64,000 nt of DNA from an uncultured Chloroflexia bacterium (GTDB lineage: Bacteria > Chloroflexota > Limnocylindria > Limnocylindrales > CSP1-4). How positions within the stretch are numbered: the first letter of the stretch is position 1; each line of letters starts with the position of its first letter. The position numbers and the translations under genes were made by a program. Below, piece after piece: positions 28,952 through 38,849 of this stretch. The notes below the pieces were generated by a model. The model searched no databases. It worked only from the letters and a program-made list of their open reading frames with translations, and had not been told where the DNA came from. The stretch lies in the NCBI GenBank assembly GCA_963719285.1, contig CAVRBO010000002.1, positions 13,566 through 77,565 on the forward strand. The letters run 5' to 3'.

Positions 28952-30277
28952 GTGGCCAGCTTGCCGGCTCGCGTCCCCGGACAGCCCCGTGCGATCGGGC
29001 TGATCGGCGCACTCGGCGCGCTCACGCCGTCCGGCCGGGCGGGCGTCCCGATCGCCTGGGCCCTGTACGACTTCGCGAACACGATCTACAGCTACGCGGT
29101 CGTGTCGTACGCGATGTCCCTGTGGACGGTGGACCGCCTCGGGCCGGCCGACGGCCAGTTCTGGTTCGGCATCGCGAACGCGGTGTCGGTGGGGCTCAAC
29201 GCCCTCGTCTCGCCGGTCCTCGGCGCGGTCTCGGATCGGGGCGGCAGGCGTCTGCCGTTCCTGCTGTTCTTCACCGGGCTGTGCGTCGTGTCCACGGCCG
29301 CGATCGCGCTGGTCCCGGGAGGGGGCGATCCGCTCGCGTTCCTCGGCCTGACCCTGTTCGCGATCGCGAACTTCGCGTACCAGGCGGCCCTCATCTACTA
29401 CGACGCGACCCTGCCGGTCGTCTCGAAGCCCGAGTCGCGCGGTCGGGTGAGCGGGATCGGCGTCGCCACCGGCTACCTCGGCACGATCCTGATCGCGCTC
29501 CTCATCCTCGTGACGGCCTCCGGCTTCCAGCCGCTCACGTTCGTCATGGCCGCGGTCCTGTTCGCCCTGTTCGCCGCGCCGATCTTCCTCGTGGTCCGCG
29601 AGCCCAGGCACAACGACTACCGGTTCCGGATCGCGGACGCGCTCGGCTCGTGGGCCCAGCTGGGGCAGACGATCCGCGACGCGGGCGAAGTGCCGGGCCT
29701 CCGCCGGTTCCTGGTCGCCCGCCTCTTCTACACCGACCCGGTCAACACGGTCATCGTCGTCATGTCCGTGTTCGCGACGCAGGCGATCGGTCTGAGCGCC
29801 GCCGGCGCGAACATCGTCCTGCTCATCCTCACGGTCGTGGCGGTCATCGCGTCGTTCGGCTGGGGCTTCCTCGTGGAGCGGATCGGCCCGAAGCGGACGC
29901 TCATGTACGTCCTGGGTTCGTGGTGCGTCGGGCTGGTGATCGCGGGCTCGATCCTCGCGCTGCCGACGTTCCTCATCGCGGGCGCGCTGCTGGGCAGCGG
30001 CCTGGGCGGTGTCTGGACCTCCGATCGGGTGTTCATGCTCCGGCTGTCGCCGCCCGACAAGGTCGGCGAGTTCTTCGGGCTGTACGGCCTGGCCGGGAAA
30101 TTCAGCGCGGTCACCGGCCCGGTCCTGTACGGGGTCATCGTGTCGACGCTGCTCGACGCGGGCTGGGGCAAGGGCGCCTACCAGGTGGGCATCCTGAGCT
30201 TCCTGGTCCTGATGGTCATCGGGATCGTCCTGCTCCGGTCCGTGCCGGACCGCCTCTCGGAGCCCGTCACCGCCTAG
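28952..30277 (+). CDS. MFS transporter (UMF1/YxiO/Atg22-like)
   Basis: AWALYDFANTIY, PVLGAVSDRGG, YYDATLP, GEFFGLY; about 12 TM segments; TATCAT 6 nt before GTG. Confidence 0.87.
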   Translation: MASLPARVPGQPRAIGLIGALGALTPSGRAGVPIAWALYDFANTIYSYAVVSYAMSLWTVDRLGPADGQFWFGIANAVSVGLNALVSPVLGAVSDRGGRRLPFLLFFTGLCVVSTAAIALVPGGGDPLAFLGLTLFAIANFAYQAALIYYDATLPVVSKPESRGRVSGIGVATGYLGTILIALLILVTASGFQPLTFVMAAVLFALFAAPIFLVVREPRHNDYRFRIADALGSWAQLGQTIRDAGEVPGLRRFLVARLFYTDPVNTVIVVMSVFATQAIGLSAAGANIVLLILTVVAVIASFGWGFLVERIGPKRTLMYVLGSWCVGLVIAGSILALPTFLIAGALLGSGLGGVWTSDRVFMLRLSPPDKVGEFFGLYGLAGKFSAVTGPVLYGVIVSTLLDAGWGKGAYQVGILSFLVLMVIGIVLLRSVPDRLSEPVTA

Positions 30278-30284
30278 GCATGCG

Positions 30285-31073
30285 TCAGTAGCCGGCGGTG
30301 AGGCCGAAGTCGATCGAGATCGCCGCGCCGGTGATCGGGGCGGCCTCGGGTGTCGTCAGGTAGCGGATGAGCTCGGCGACCTCGGCGGGTCGGATGAACC
30401 GGGCCGGCCGTTGTGGGTAGGCCGCCAGCAACCCCCGCAGGTAGGCCTCGGGGTCGCCACCGCCGAACGTGTCGGCCTGGTAGTGGATCATCGGCGAGTC
30501 GACGTCGCCGGGGCAGACCGCGTTCACCCGGATGCGTCGCGCGGCGAGCTCGACGGCGAGCGCCTTGCTCAGGATGACCACGCCGCCCTTCGAGGCGCAG
30601 TAGATCGCCGCGCCCTTGTTGCCCCACAGACCGGCATCGGAGGCCAGATTGACGATGCACCCACCGGCCGCCTCGAGGGCCGGGATGGCGTACCGGCACA
30701 TGAAGAAGGTGGCCTTGAGGTTGACGTCCATCACCCGGTCCCAGTCGGCCCCGGTCATGGTGTCGGACGGGCCCTCGACCCAGACGCCGGCGCAGTTGAC
30801 GAGGACATCGAGGCGACCGCCCCACGCCGTCGCCGCCGCCACCGACCGTTCGCACTCCGCCACGGACGCCAGGTCGGCCACGACGCCGCCGGCATCGATG
30901 CCCGCCGTCCGGAGCTCGCCGAGGGCCCGGTCGAGGCCGGGTCCGTCGCGGTCGACGAGGAAGACGCGCAGGCCGTCCGCCCCGAGCCGGTCGACCGCCG
31001 CCCGGCCGATGCCGGAGGCAGCGCCGGTGACGAGCGCGACGCGCGATCCGGTCGCTGCCGAGGCGTCGGACAT
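30285..31073 (-). CDS. Short-chain dehydrogenase/reductase
   Basis: TGAASGIG, VNCAG, YCASK, RVNAVCPG. Confidence 0.9.
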   Translation of the reverse strand: MSDASAATGSRVALVTGAASGIGRAAVDRLGADGLRVFLVDRDGPGLDRALGELRTAGIDAGGVVADLASVAECERSVAAATAWGGRLDVLVNCAGVWVEGPSDTMTGADWDRVMDVNLKATFFMCRYAIPALEAAGGCIVNLASDAGLWGNKGAAIYCASKGGVVILSKALAVELAARRIRVNAVCPGDVDSPMIHYQADTFGGGDPEAYLRGLLAAYPQRPARFIRPAEVAELIRYLTTPEAAPITGAAISIDFGLTAGY

Positions 31074-31867
31074 CAGTACCAGGCTTCCCTGGCGCCCTTG
31101 AACTCCTGGATCGTGTTGCCACCGTCGACGACGATGCCCTGGCCGGTCACGTAGCTCGCCGCGTCCGAGGCCAGGAACGCGATGACCTCGCCGACTTCCG
31201 CCGGCGTCCCCGACCGACCGAGCGGCGTGTTCTCGCCCCCGATCGCCTCGTGGATGAGCTGCGAGGCCGAGGCGATCCAGCCCGGCAGGACCGCGTTGAC
31301 GGTCACTCCCCGGGGCCCCATCTCGATCGCGAGGCCATGCACCAGGCCCATGATCCCGGCCTTCGCCGCGGAGTAGACCGTCGAGGCCGGGTTGCTCACG
31401 ATCGGCCCGGTCACCGACGAGACGAACACGATGCGCCCCTGGCCGGACGCCACGATGGCCGGCAGGGCTGCCTTCGTCACGGCGAACGGGATGCGCAGGT
31501 TCTGGGCGATGCCGCGGTCCCACTCGTCCTCGGTCATGTCGAGGACGTCGTTCGAGACCTCCTCCGCGCCGACGGTGACCATCCCCGCGTTGTTCACGAG
31601 GATGTCGAGCCGGTCATGGGCCGCGAGGACCTCGGCGATGAGCGTCGCGGCCGCGCCCGGGACCGTGAGGTCGCCCACGTGGCCGCTGGCCGCGACGCCC
31701 GCGCCGCGGAGCTCGGCGACCCGGTCGTCGATCCGGGCGGTCGTCGACGCGATGGCCAGGGTCGCGCCGCCGGCGCCCAGGATGCGGGCCGTCGAGAAGC
31801 CGATGCCGTGCGGCCCGCCGGCGCCCGTGACGAGCGCGACCCGGCCCGCGAATTGTCCGTCGCCCAC
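31073..31867 (-). CDS. Short-chain dehydrogenase/reductase (FabG/UcpA-like)
   Basis: VTGAGGPHGIG, VNNAG, YSAAK, TVNAVLPG. Confidence 0.9.
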   Translation of the reverse strand: MGDGQFAGRVALVTGAGGPHGIGFSTARILGAGGATLAIASTTARIDDRVAELRGAGVAASGHVGDLTVPGAAATLIAEVLAAHDRLDILVNNAGMVTVGAEEVSNDVLDMTEDEWDRGIAQNLRIPFAVTKAALPAIVASGQGRIVFVSSVTGPIVSNPASTVYSAAKAGIMGLVHGLAIEMGPRGVTVNAVLPGWIASASQLIHEAIGGENTPLGRSGTPAEVGEVIAFLASDAASYVTGQGIVVDGGNTIQEFKGAREAWY

Positions 31868-31877
31868 GTTGCGGGCC

Positions 31878-32870
31878 TCAGCCGCGGTCGCTGTAGCCGG
31901 CCGGATGAGCGCGCCGCCAGGCCCAGGCCGAGCCGATCATCTCGGCCAGCGATCCGTGGCGGGGCTCCCAGCCGAGCCGCTCGCGGGCGCGCTCCGTCCG
32001 GGCGACCAGGACCGGCGGGTCGCCCTCGCGGCGGGGCCCGATGCGGGTCGGGATGGGATGGCCCACGACGCCCTCCGCCGCCGCGACGACCTGGCGGACG
32101 CTGAAGCCCGAGCCACTCCCGAGGTTGCAGGCGACGAACGCCGGGGCGTCGACCGCCCCGGTCGCTTCGAGTGCCCGGATGTGGGCGTCGGCCAGGTCGA
32201 CGACGTGGATGTAGTCACGGATCGGCGTGCCATCGGGCGTGGGGTAGTCGCCCCCGAAGAGCTCGAGCTCCTCGTTCCGTTCCACCGCTCCGAGGATGTT
32301 CGGGATGAGGTGGGTCTCAGGGTCGTGGACCTCCCCGTACGCGTCGGATGCCCCGGCCGCGTTGAAATACCGGAGGCTGACGCTGCGCAGGCCGTACGCC
32401 CGTCCGTACCAGTCGAGGGCGCCCTCGAACGTCCGTTTCGTCTCGCCGTACGGGTTGATCGGCCGGAGCGGAGCGTCCTCGGGGATCGGCGTCGCTTCCG
32501 GTTCGCCGTACACCGCGGCCGTGGAGCTGAACACGACCCGCATGACCCCGGCCGCCCGCGCCGCGTCGAGCAGGGCGATGCCGCCGGCGACGTTCTGCCG
32601 GTAGTAGCGGGCCGGCTCGCGGATCGACTCGCCGACGAGCGAGCGAGCCGCGCAGTGAAGGATCGCGTCGACCCGATGGTCGCGCAGGGCGGCCATCGTG
32701 GACGCCTCGACCCCGTAGTTCTGGCGGAGGTGGGTGACTCCCGCCGGCACGGCGCCCGGGTGTCCGGTCGAGCAATCGTCCATGACGATCGGCACGTGCC
32801 CGGCGGCGATCAGTGCCTCGACCGTCACCGACCCGATGTACCCGGCGCCGCCGGTGACGAGGACCCTCAT
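31878..32870 (-). CDS. galE: UDP-glucose 4-epimerase
   Basis: VTGGAGYIGS, FSSTAAVYG, NPYGETK, LRYFNAAGA, GTPIRDYIHV. Confidence 0.93.
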   Translation of the reverse strand: MRVLVTGGAGYIGSVTVEALIAAGHVPIVMDDCSTGHPGAVPAGVTHLRQNYGVEASTMAALRDHRVDAILHCAARSLVGESIREPARYYRQNVAGGIALLDAARAAGVMRVVFSSTAAVYGEPEATPIPEDAPLRPINPYGETKRTFEGALDWYGRAYGLRSVSLRYFNAAGASDAYGEVHDPETHLIPNILGAVERNEELELFGGDYPTPDGTPIRDYIHVVDLADAHIRALEATGAVDAPAFVACNLGSGSGFSVRQVVAAAEGVVGHPIPTRIGPRREGDPPVLVARTERARERLGWEPRHGSLAEMIGSAWAWRRAHPAGYSDRG

Positions 32871-33376
32871 CGATCCCGAGGCGGCCGGACCTGCTGCAGG
32901 TCGGCGGCCGGCCACTCGACGTCCGGACGCCCGCCCGGGGACGGTCGGACGCCGGGGTCGGCCGGCAGGTCGCTCGCGAGAGGCACGGGAGCGCCCGGCT
33001 CGGCGGCCTGCGACTCGGACGTCGTCGTGGGTCCGGGCGATGCCTCTTCTGCGACCGCGGGCTCGGCGTCGGACGCCGGGCCGGGGGCCTCGACCGGCTC
33101 GGTGGCGACGGGCGGGCGGACCTCCTCCGGATGGGCGGCCTCGAGCTCGGCCACCAGCCTGCGCGCGACGGCGTTCTCCGAATCGACCTTGAGCGCCCGC
33201 CGGCCGAATGCGATGGCCGTCCGATCGTCGCCCTTCAGGCGGGCGACCTTGGCCAGTCCGACGATCGCGATCGCGTTCTGGCTGTCGGCGTCGATGGCCT
33301 GCCAGTACAGGCGTTCCGCCACGTCGAACGCTCCCGTCCCGAGCGCGCGCTCGGCCTGGAGCAGGAGCTCGATCAT
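32867..33376 (-). CDS. TPR-containing protein with disordered C-terminus
   Basis: AERLYWQAIDADSQNAIAIVGLAKV TPR pattern; translationally coupled on both sides. Confidence 0.7.
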   Translation of the reverse strand: MIELLLQAERALGTGAFDVAERLYWQAIDADSQNAIAIVGLAKVARLKGDDRTAIAFGRRALKVDSENAVARRLVAELEAAHPEEVRPPVATEPVEAPGPASDAEPAVAEEASPGPTTTSESQAAEPGAPVPLASDLPADPGVRPSPGGRPDVEWPAADLQQVRPPRDR

Positions 33377-34809
33377 CCAGCCTCCCTCGAGGGTCCGGGC
33401 GCCGGCCGGCCGGTCGACGCAGCAGCGCTGTCCGCCATCGTAGAGGCCAGCTCGCGGGCGAGTGCGACGAGGGTCGCGGGACGGTTCAGCGAGGGTTCGG
33501 TCATCACCCGCTCGAGGAGGGCGTGGAGGATCAGGCCGACCAGCGGGCCGGGCACGAGCCCGAGCTCGCGGATGAGGTCGTCGCCGCGGACCGCGAGGCC
33601 GGACAGGTCCAGGACGACGTTCCCGGCCAGCTCGGCGGCGACCCGTGAGCGGAGCGTACGCAGGCCGCCCGCATCGGCCGGCACGCCGCTGCCCAGATTG
33701 TCCGCCTCCCGGAGAGCGAACAGGTCGTCGAGGCGGGCCGGACCCACCTTGGCGATGAACCGCCGGACGGCGGCGTCGCTCCAGGCGGGCTCGTACGCGA
33801 ACATGTGCTGACGGACGAGATGGGTCACCTCGTCGATCGTCTCGCGTGGCGCATGCCAGGCCCGCAGGAGGTCGCCCGCCAGCTCGGCGCCCACGACATC
33901 GTGGCCGTAGAAGTGCCCATCGGCCGCCGTGACCGGCTTGCCGACGTCATGGAGGAGCGCCGCCCAGCGGACCGTCCGGTCGCGGCCGGCCGCCGCGGTC
34001 GCGTCGACCGAACGCAGCACGTGTGCCCACAGGTCCTCGCCCGGGATCTTGTTCTGCTCGATGCCCCGCTGGGCCTCGAGGACCGGCGCGATCGCGGCAA
34101 GCAGCCCGGTGTCGGCGAGGATCCGCAGGCCGACCGAGGGCCGGGGGGCGTCGAGGAGCTTCCCGAGTTCGGCCACGATCCGTTCACCGGACAGGTGCGC
34201 CGCCAGGGGGGCGGACGCCGCGATCGCGTCGAGCGTCGCGGGCTCGATCGTGAAGTCGAGCACGGCCGCCAGGCGGGCGGCGCGGAGCATCCGCAGCGCG
34301 TCCTCGTTGAAGCGGATGGCGGGGTCGCCCACGGCGCGCAGGACTCGCCGCTCCGTATCGGCCCGCCCGTCGAACGGATCGACGAGGTGGGTCGGCTCGC
34401 CGGGTGCGCCCCCGTACGCCATCGCGTTGACCGTGAAATCGCGTCGTCCCAGGTCGAGCTCGACCCGGTCGCCGAACTCGACGTGGTGCGGCCGCCGGAA
34501 GTCCGCGTACTCGTGATCCGAGCGGAACGTCGTGATCTCGACGTCCCCGGGTCGCCCGGAGCCGGGGCCGTCCGAGCCCCCGGCCATGTCCACGCCCACG
34601 GCGACCGTCCCGAACACGTTCTCGTAGCGCGCCGCGGGGAAGAGTCCGACGACCCGGTCGGGCAGGGCGTCGGTCGCCAGGTCCCAGTCGTCCGGCTCCC
34701 GGCCGAGGAAGTGGTCGCGCACGCTGCCGCCGACGACATACGCCTGATGGCCGCCGGCCCGCAACCGGTCGAACAGGGCCTGCACCGCCGGCGGGACCGA
34801 CAGCGTCAC
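33373..34809 (-). CDS. cca: CCA-adding enzyme / poly(A) polymerase family nucleotidyltransferase with HD domain
   Basis: VGGSVRD, DWDLAT, RRDFTVNAM, EDALRMLRA, LLHDVGKP. Confidence 0.85.
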   Translation of the reverse strand: MTLSVPPAVQALFDRLRAGGHQAYVVGGSVRDHFLGREPDDWDLATDALPDRVVGLFPAARYENVFGTVAVGVDMAGGSDGPGSGRPGDVEITTFRSDHEYADFRRPHHVEFGDRVELDLGRRDFTVNAMAYGGAPGEPTHLVDPFDGRADTERRVLRAVGDPAIRFNEDALRMLRAARLAAVLDFTIEPATLDAIAASAPLAAHLSGERIVAELGKLLDAPRPSVGLRILADTGLLAAIAPVLEAQRGIEQNKIPGEDLWAHVLRSVDATAAAGRDRTVRWAALLHDVGKPVTAADGHFYGHDVVGAELAGDLLRAWHAPRETIDEVTHLVRQHMFAYEPAWSDAAVRRFIAKVGPARLDDLFALREADNLGSGVPADAGGLRTLRSRVAAELAGNVVLDLSGLAVRGDDLIRELGLVPGPLVGLILHALLERVMTEPSLNRPATLVALARELASTMADSAAASTGRPAPGPSREAG

Positions 34810-34843
34810 ATCCGCTCCCCCGGGCGACGACACCCGGCCCGCC

Positions 34844-35359
34844 TCAGTTCCGGCCGAGGAAGAGGTAGTCCCGCCAGTTCTCGTTGCGGACGTCCTGGAG
34901 GTACGGCACGAAGAGTGAGTAGACGTCGCTCCGCGGCTCGAACGGTGCGCGCTGGAGGCGGAACCGGGCCTCATCCAGCGTCTTGCCACCCTTGCGATGG
35001 TTGCAGCCCTTGCAGGCCGCGACGAGGTTCTCCCAGGTGTGGCCACCGCCGCGGTGTCGCGGCACGACATGATCGAGGGTCAGGTCGTTCGACTGGCGCC
35101 CGCAGTACTGGCAGGTGTGGCGGTCGCGACTGAAGATCTCGCGCCGGGTCAGCTTGACCCGGGGGCGGGGCCGGCGGACGTGGTGCTGGAGACGGATGAC
35201 CGACGGCGCCCGATAGGCCTCGCGGGGCGTGCGGATCTCCTGGTGGTCGAACTCGATCACCTCGGCCTTCTCTCCGAAGACGAGGCGGAACGCCCGCGGC
35301 AGGTTGCAGACGTTCAGGGGTTCGTAGTTCTGGTTCAGGACCAGTACGACACCGTCCAT
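34844..35359 (-). CDS. HNH endonuclease (McrA-like)
   Basis: LVLNQNYEPL, RDRHTCQYCG, TLDHVVP...GG...WENLVAACKGCNHRKG. Confidence 0.9.
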   Translation of the reverse strand: MDGVVLVLNQNYEPLNVCNLPRAFRLVFGEKAEVIEFDHQEIRTPREAYRAPSVIRLQHHVRRPRPRVKLTRREIFSRDRHTCQYCGRQSNDLTLDHVVPRHRGGGHTWENLVAACKGCNHRKGGKTLDEARFRLQRAPFEPRSDVYSLFVPYLQDVRNENWRDYLFLGRN

Positions 35360-35573
35360 CGGCGGGAGGATAGCAGGAGGCGCGCGAGGGGGATCGGCGT
35401 GACCCGTTCAGGCCCCGTTCGGACATGCGGGCCGGGACATGGAGGATCTGGGAATGGCCGCGGATCCGTACGGCCGTGGGTGCAGACCGGTGGCGTCATG
35501 CCCGCGCCGCCCGTTCGATGCACCTTTGGCCATGGACCCGGGGACCGCGGATCCGCTGACCCGCGCTCGGACC

Positions 35574-36506
35574 TCAATCCGCGCGGCCGGTCGGCGCGCC
35601 CGTCGAGGCGTCCCAGCCGCCGGCCTGGCCGACCTTGGTCGTGAGCGGTCGGCCCAGGATGCCTGCCGCGAAGCGGGCTGCCGCGAGGACGCCGGCCAGG
35701 TCGACGCCGTGCTCCCACCCGGACGCGTCGAGGAAGTAGACGAGGTCCTCGGTCGCGAGGTTGCCGGCCGCGCCTGGCGCGTACGGACAGCCGCCCGTAC
35801 CTCCGGCGGCCGCGTCGAAGCAGCGGACGCCGGCTACGAGACCCGCCGCCACGTTGGCCAGCGCCGTGCCGCGGGTGTCGTGGAAGTGGTAGGCGATCCG
35901 CTCGATCGGGATCCCGCCGGCGATCGCCGCCGCGGTGAGCGCCGCGACCTGGTCCGGTACGCCGACGCCGATCGTGTCGCCGAAGCAGATCTCCTCGGCG
36001 CCCATCTCCAGCAGCCGGTGCCCGACGGCGACGACGGCCGACGGTTCGACCCGGCCGGTGTACGGACAGCCGAACGCGGTCGAGACATAGGCCCGGCGCC
36101 ACCAGCCGCGCTGGCCCGCCCGGGCGAGGACCGGCTCGAAGGCGGTGAGCGACTCCTCGACGGTCATCCCGATGTTGCGCTCCGTGAACGCGGACGAGGC
36201 CGCGCTGAAGACCGCGATCGCGTCGGCGCCGGCGGCTTCGGCCCGCTCCAGGCCGCGCAGGTTCGGGACGAGGACCGGATATCGAACGCCCGGCGCGCGA
36301 GGCAGGCTCCGCAGGAGCTCATCGGCGTCGGCGAGCTGGGGGATGGCTGTCGGCGAGACGAAGCTCGTCGCCTCGATCTCGCGCAGGCCGGCGGCCGCGA
36401 GCAGGTCGAGGAACCGGAGCTTGTCCGCCGTCGCGACCGGCGTCGCCTCGTTCTGGAGGCCGTCGCGTGGCCCGACCTCGTAGATGCGGACGCGTCGGTC
36501 GGTCAT
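35574..36506 (-). CDS. hmgL: Hydroxymethylglutaryl-CoA lyase (LiuE/MvaB-like)
   Basis: EVGPRDGLQNE, SFVSP, TAFGCPY, GDTIG, HFHDTRG, GGCPYAPGAAGNLATED. Confidence 0.92.
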   Translation of the reverse strand: MTDRRVRIYEVGPRDGLQNEATPVATADKLRFLDLLAAAGLREIEATSFVSPTAIPQLADADELLRSLPRAPGVRYPVLVPNLRGLERAEAAGADAIAVFSAASSAFTERNIGMTVEESLTAFEPVLARAGQRGWWRRAYVSTAFGCPYTGRVEPSAVVAVGHRLLEMGAEEICFGDTIGVGVPDQVAALTAAAIAGGIPIERIAYHFHDTRGTALANVAAGLVAGVRCFDAAAGGTGGCPYAPGAAGNLATEDLVYFLDASGWEHGVDLAGVLAAARFAAGILGRPLTTKVGQAGGWDASTGAPTGRAD

Positions 36507-36528
36507 CGGCCCGAGGATCGGCCGGCGG

Positions 36529-36705
36529 TCAGACGCGCGGCGGGGTCATCGCGCGCTCCACGCGAGCGATCTCGACCTCGATCTTCGCGAGCTCCTCGAG
36601 CGCGGCGTGGTACGCCTCGCTGCCGAGCGGGGCCGTGTCGCGTCTCCGGCGGGCCGCGACGTGGTCGATCAGCAGGCCTTCGCGCGTCTTGGTCGGTTCG
36701 GTCAT
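36529..36705 (-). CDS. Small hypothetical protein (58 aa, helical)
   Basis: MTEPTKTREGLLIDHVAARRRRDTAPLGSEAYHAALEELAKIEVEIARVERAMTPPRV; SD GGAGGAGG and ATGA overlap with the carboxylase stop; not in the ORF track. Confidence 0.7.
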   Translation of the reverse strand: MTEPTKTREGLLIDHVAARRRRDTAPLGSEAYHAALEELAKIEVEIARVERAMTPPRV

Positions 36706-38795
36706 CGTGCCTCCTCCACGGGCAAGGGTAGCGCGGCGTCGTCGATCGTCGCGAGCTGGTCACCTCGGCCCACCTGCGCCCCCGGCCGGACCGCGATCTC
36801 CGTCACCCGGCCTGGCCCCGGTGCGAGGACCGCGTGCTCCATCTTCATCGCCTCGAGGGTGACGAGCGGCGCACCCGCCTCGATGGCGTCGCCGACGGCG
36901 ACATGGACGCGGACGACCGAGCCGGGCATCGGGGCTTCCACGGCCCGTGGCCCGCCGCCGCGGACGTGGCCGGCCGCGGCCCGGGCGGCCCGGTCGACGT
37001 CCGGGGGAGGTGCCAGGCGGAACGCGACGCTCCGACCGCCGACGTCGATGAAGGCCGTGCCACCGACGAGGACGCCCGGCGGATCGGGCGAACCGATCGG
37101 GACCGGTGACGGCGGTGGCACCATGACGGACCGCTCGGAGCCGTCGTCCGCCGCCAGCCGGACGACCGGCGCGGCGTTGAGCCGGAAGGCGCCTGCGAAC
37201 GCATCGCCGGTCGACGACGAGCCGGCGCCGCCAGTCCGCCCGAGGAGCCCGGCGGCGGCCGCCCACGCCCGGTCGGGGAGCCCGCTCCGGGCCGCCCAGT
37301 CGTCCGGCGGCCAGATGCGGTCGAGCGTGTCCGTCCGGATGAGGCCCTTGCGGATCGCCGGCTCGCGCACGAGCCAGCGCAGGAACCGCAGGTTCGTCAC
37401 GACCCCGACGACGACCGTCGCGTCGAGTGCGCGCTCGAGCCGCGCGAACGCCTCGTCCCGGTCGGCGCCGGCGGCGACGATCTTCGCGAGCAGCGGGTCG
37501 AACCGGGGGCCCACATCCGTCCCGATGGCGATCCCGGCGTCGACCCGGATCCCATCGCCGGCGGGCCACGTGAGCGCCTCGATCGTGCCCGTCGCGGGCA
37601 GGAAGCCGTTCTCGGCGTCCTCGGCGTAGAGGCGGACCTCGACGGCATGTCCGCCTGTCTCGATGCGGCGATCGACGCCGGCCTGGTCGAGGTCGATCTC
37701 CGCGAGCGCGGCGCCACCGGCGATCGCGAGCTGATCGGCGACGAGGTCGCGCCCGGTGACGGCTTCGGTGACCGGATGCTCGACCTGGAGCCGGGTATTC
37801 ATCTCGAGGAAGTACGCGCGCCCGTCGTCGGCGACGAGGAACTCGCACGTGCCGGCGCTCCGGTAGCCCACGGCGCCGGCGAGCCGCAGGGCCGCGGCGG
37901 CCATCGCGGCGCGGGTCTTCGGGGCCAGGTCCGGTGACGGTGTCTCCTCGAGGACCTTCTGGTGGCGGCGCTGGAGGGAGCAGTCGCGCTCGCCGAGATG
38001 GACCCCGGCGCCCTGACCGTCGAACAGGACCTGGACTTCCACGTGGCGCGGCCCCTCGAGGTAGCGCTCGAGGATGAGCCGGTCGTCGCCGAAGGCGGCC
38101 TGCGCCTCGCGGCGGGCGACTTCCAGGGCGCCCGGCAGGGCCGCCGGGTCGCGCACGACCCGCATGCCCTTGCCGCCCCCGCCGGCCGAGGGCTTGACGA
38201 TGAGCGGCACTCCGATCCGTTGCGCGGCCTTCGCGAGCGCCCGGTCGGACTGGTCGGCCGCGTCGTAGCCGGGCAGCGTCACGATCCCCTGGTCGGCCGC
38301 CAGCCGGCGCGCGGCCGCCTTGTCGCCCATCGCCCGGATCGCGGAGGCGGGCGGGCCGATCCAGCGGATGCCGGCGTCGGCGACCGCGGCGGCGAAGTCC
38401 GCCTGCTCGGCCAGGAAGCCGTACCCAGGATGCACAGCGTCGGCACCGGCCGCGCGCGCGGCCGCGACGACGGCCGGTCCGTCGAGGAGGTCCACGGCCG
38501 GCGCGTCGCCGGTGCCGGGCACGACCGTGCGGATGCCCAGGCGGTCCGCCGTCCGCCGGATGCGGGCCGCGATCTCGCCGCGGTTGGCCACGAACAGCAC
38601 CCGGATCGGGTGGACGGCCTCCACGTGGCGACGCTCGCCCTGAGCGATGAACGCGTCCAACGCGTCAGACGCGACACGCCACCGTCCCCCGACGCGTCGG
38701 GCCGGCAGCTTTCCGGCCGCGATCCAGCGCTGGACGGAACGCGTCGTCGCGCCGATCCGCGCGGCCGCCTGGCTTGGACTCAGTTCATCCGACAT
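36702..38795 (-). CDS. Biotin carboxylase/BCCP subunit (methylcrotonyl-CoA carboxylase alpha, LiuD-like) with N-terminal Xis/MerR-like HTH
   Basis: N-terminus ELSPSQAAARIGATTRSVQRWIAAGKLPARRVGGRWRV; ANRGEIA, HPGYGFLAE, GGGGKGMR, FLEMNTRLQVEHPVTE, biotin motif EAMKME. Confidence 0.9.
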   Translation of the reverse strand: MSDELSPSQAAARIGATTRSVQRWIAAGKLPARRVGGRWRVASDALDAFIAQGERRHVEAVHPIRVLFVANRGEIAARIRRTADRLGIRTVVPGTGDAPAVDLLDGPAVVAAARAAGADAVHPGYGFLAEQADFAAAVADAGIRWIGPPASAIRAMGDKAAARRLAADQGIVTLPGYDAADQSDRALAKAAQRIGVPLIVKPSAGGGGKGMRVVRDPAALPGALEVARREAQAAFGDDRLILERYLEGPRHVEVQVLFDGQGAGVHLGERDCSLQRRHQKVLEETPSPDLAPKTRAAMAAAALRLAGAVGYRSAGTCEFLVADDGRAYFLEMNTRLQVEHPVTEAVTGRDLVADQLAIAGGAALAEIDLDQAGVDRRIETGGHAVEVRLYAEDAENGFLPATGTIEALTWPAGDGIRVDAGIAIGTDVGPRFDPLLAKIVAAGADRDEAFARLERALDATVVVGVVTNLRFLRWLVREPAIRKGLIRTDTLDRIWPPDDWAARSGLPDRAWAAAAGLLGRTGGAGSSSTGDAFAGAFRLNAAPVVRLAADDGSERSVMVPPPSPVPIGSPDPPGVLVGGTAFIDVGGRSVAFRLAPPPDVDRAARAAAGHVRGGGPRAVEAPMPGSVVRVHVAVGDAIEAGAPLVTLEAMKMEHAVLAPGPGRVTEIAVRPGAQVGRGDQLATIDDAALPLPVEEAR

Positions 38796-38849
38796 GCCTG
38801 TCGCGATCGTCGCATCCGTGGACGCGACGCGCAACCGCGGACCGCGCGC

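Noticed and set aside
34844-35359. HNH gene as a homing endonuclease or mobile element
   Set aside because: Ordinary stand-alone McrA-like HNH within a housekeeping operon; no intron, terminal repeats or integrase.
35406-35420. GTTC-N7-GTTC LexA box upstream of the HNH gene
   Set aside because: Alphaproteobacterial-type box, unexpected for this lineage; a single short match is plausible by chance in 64 kb.
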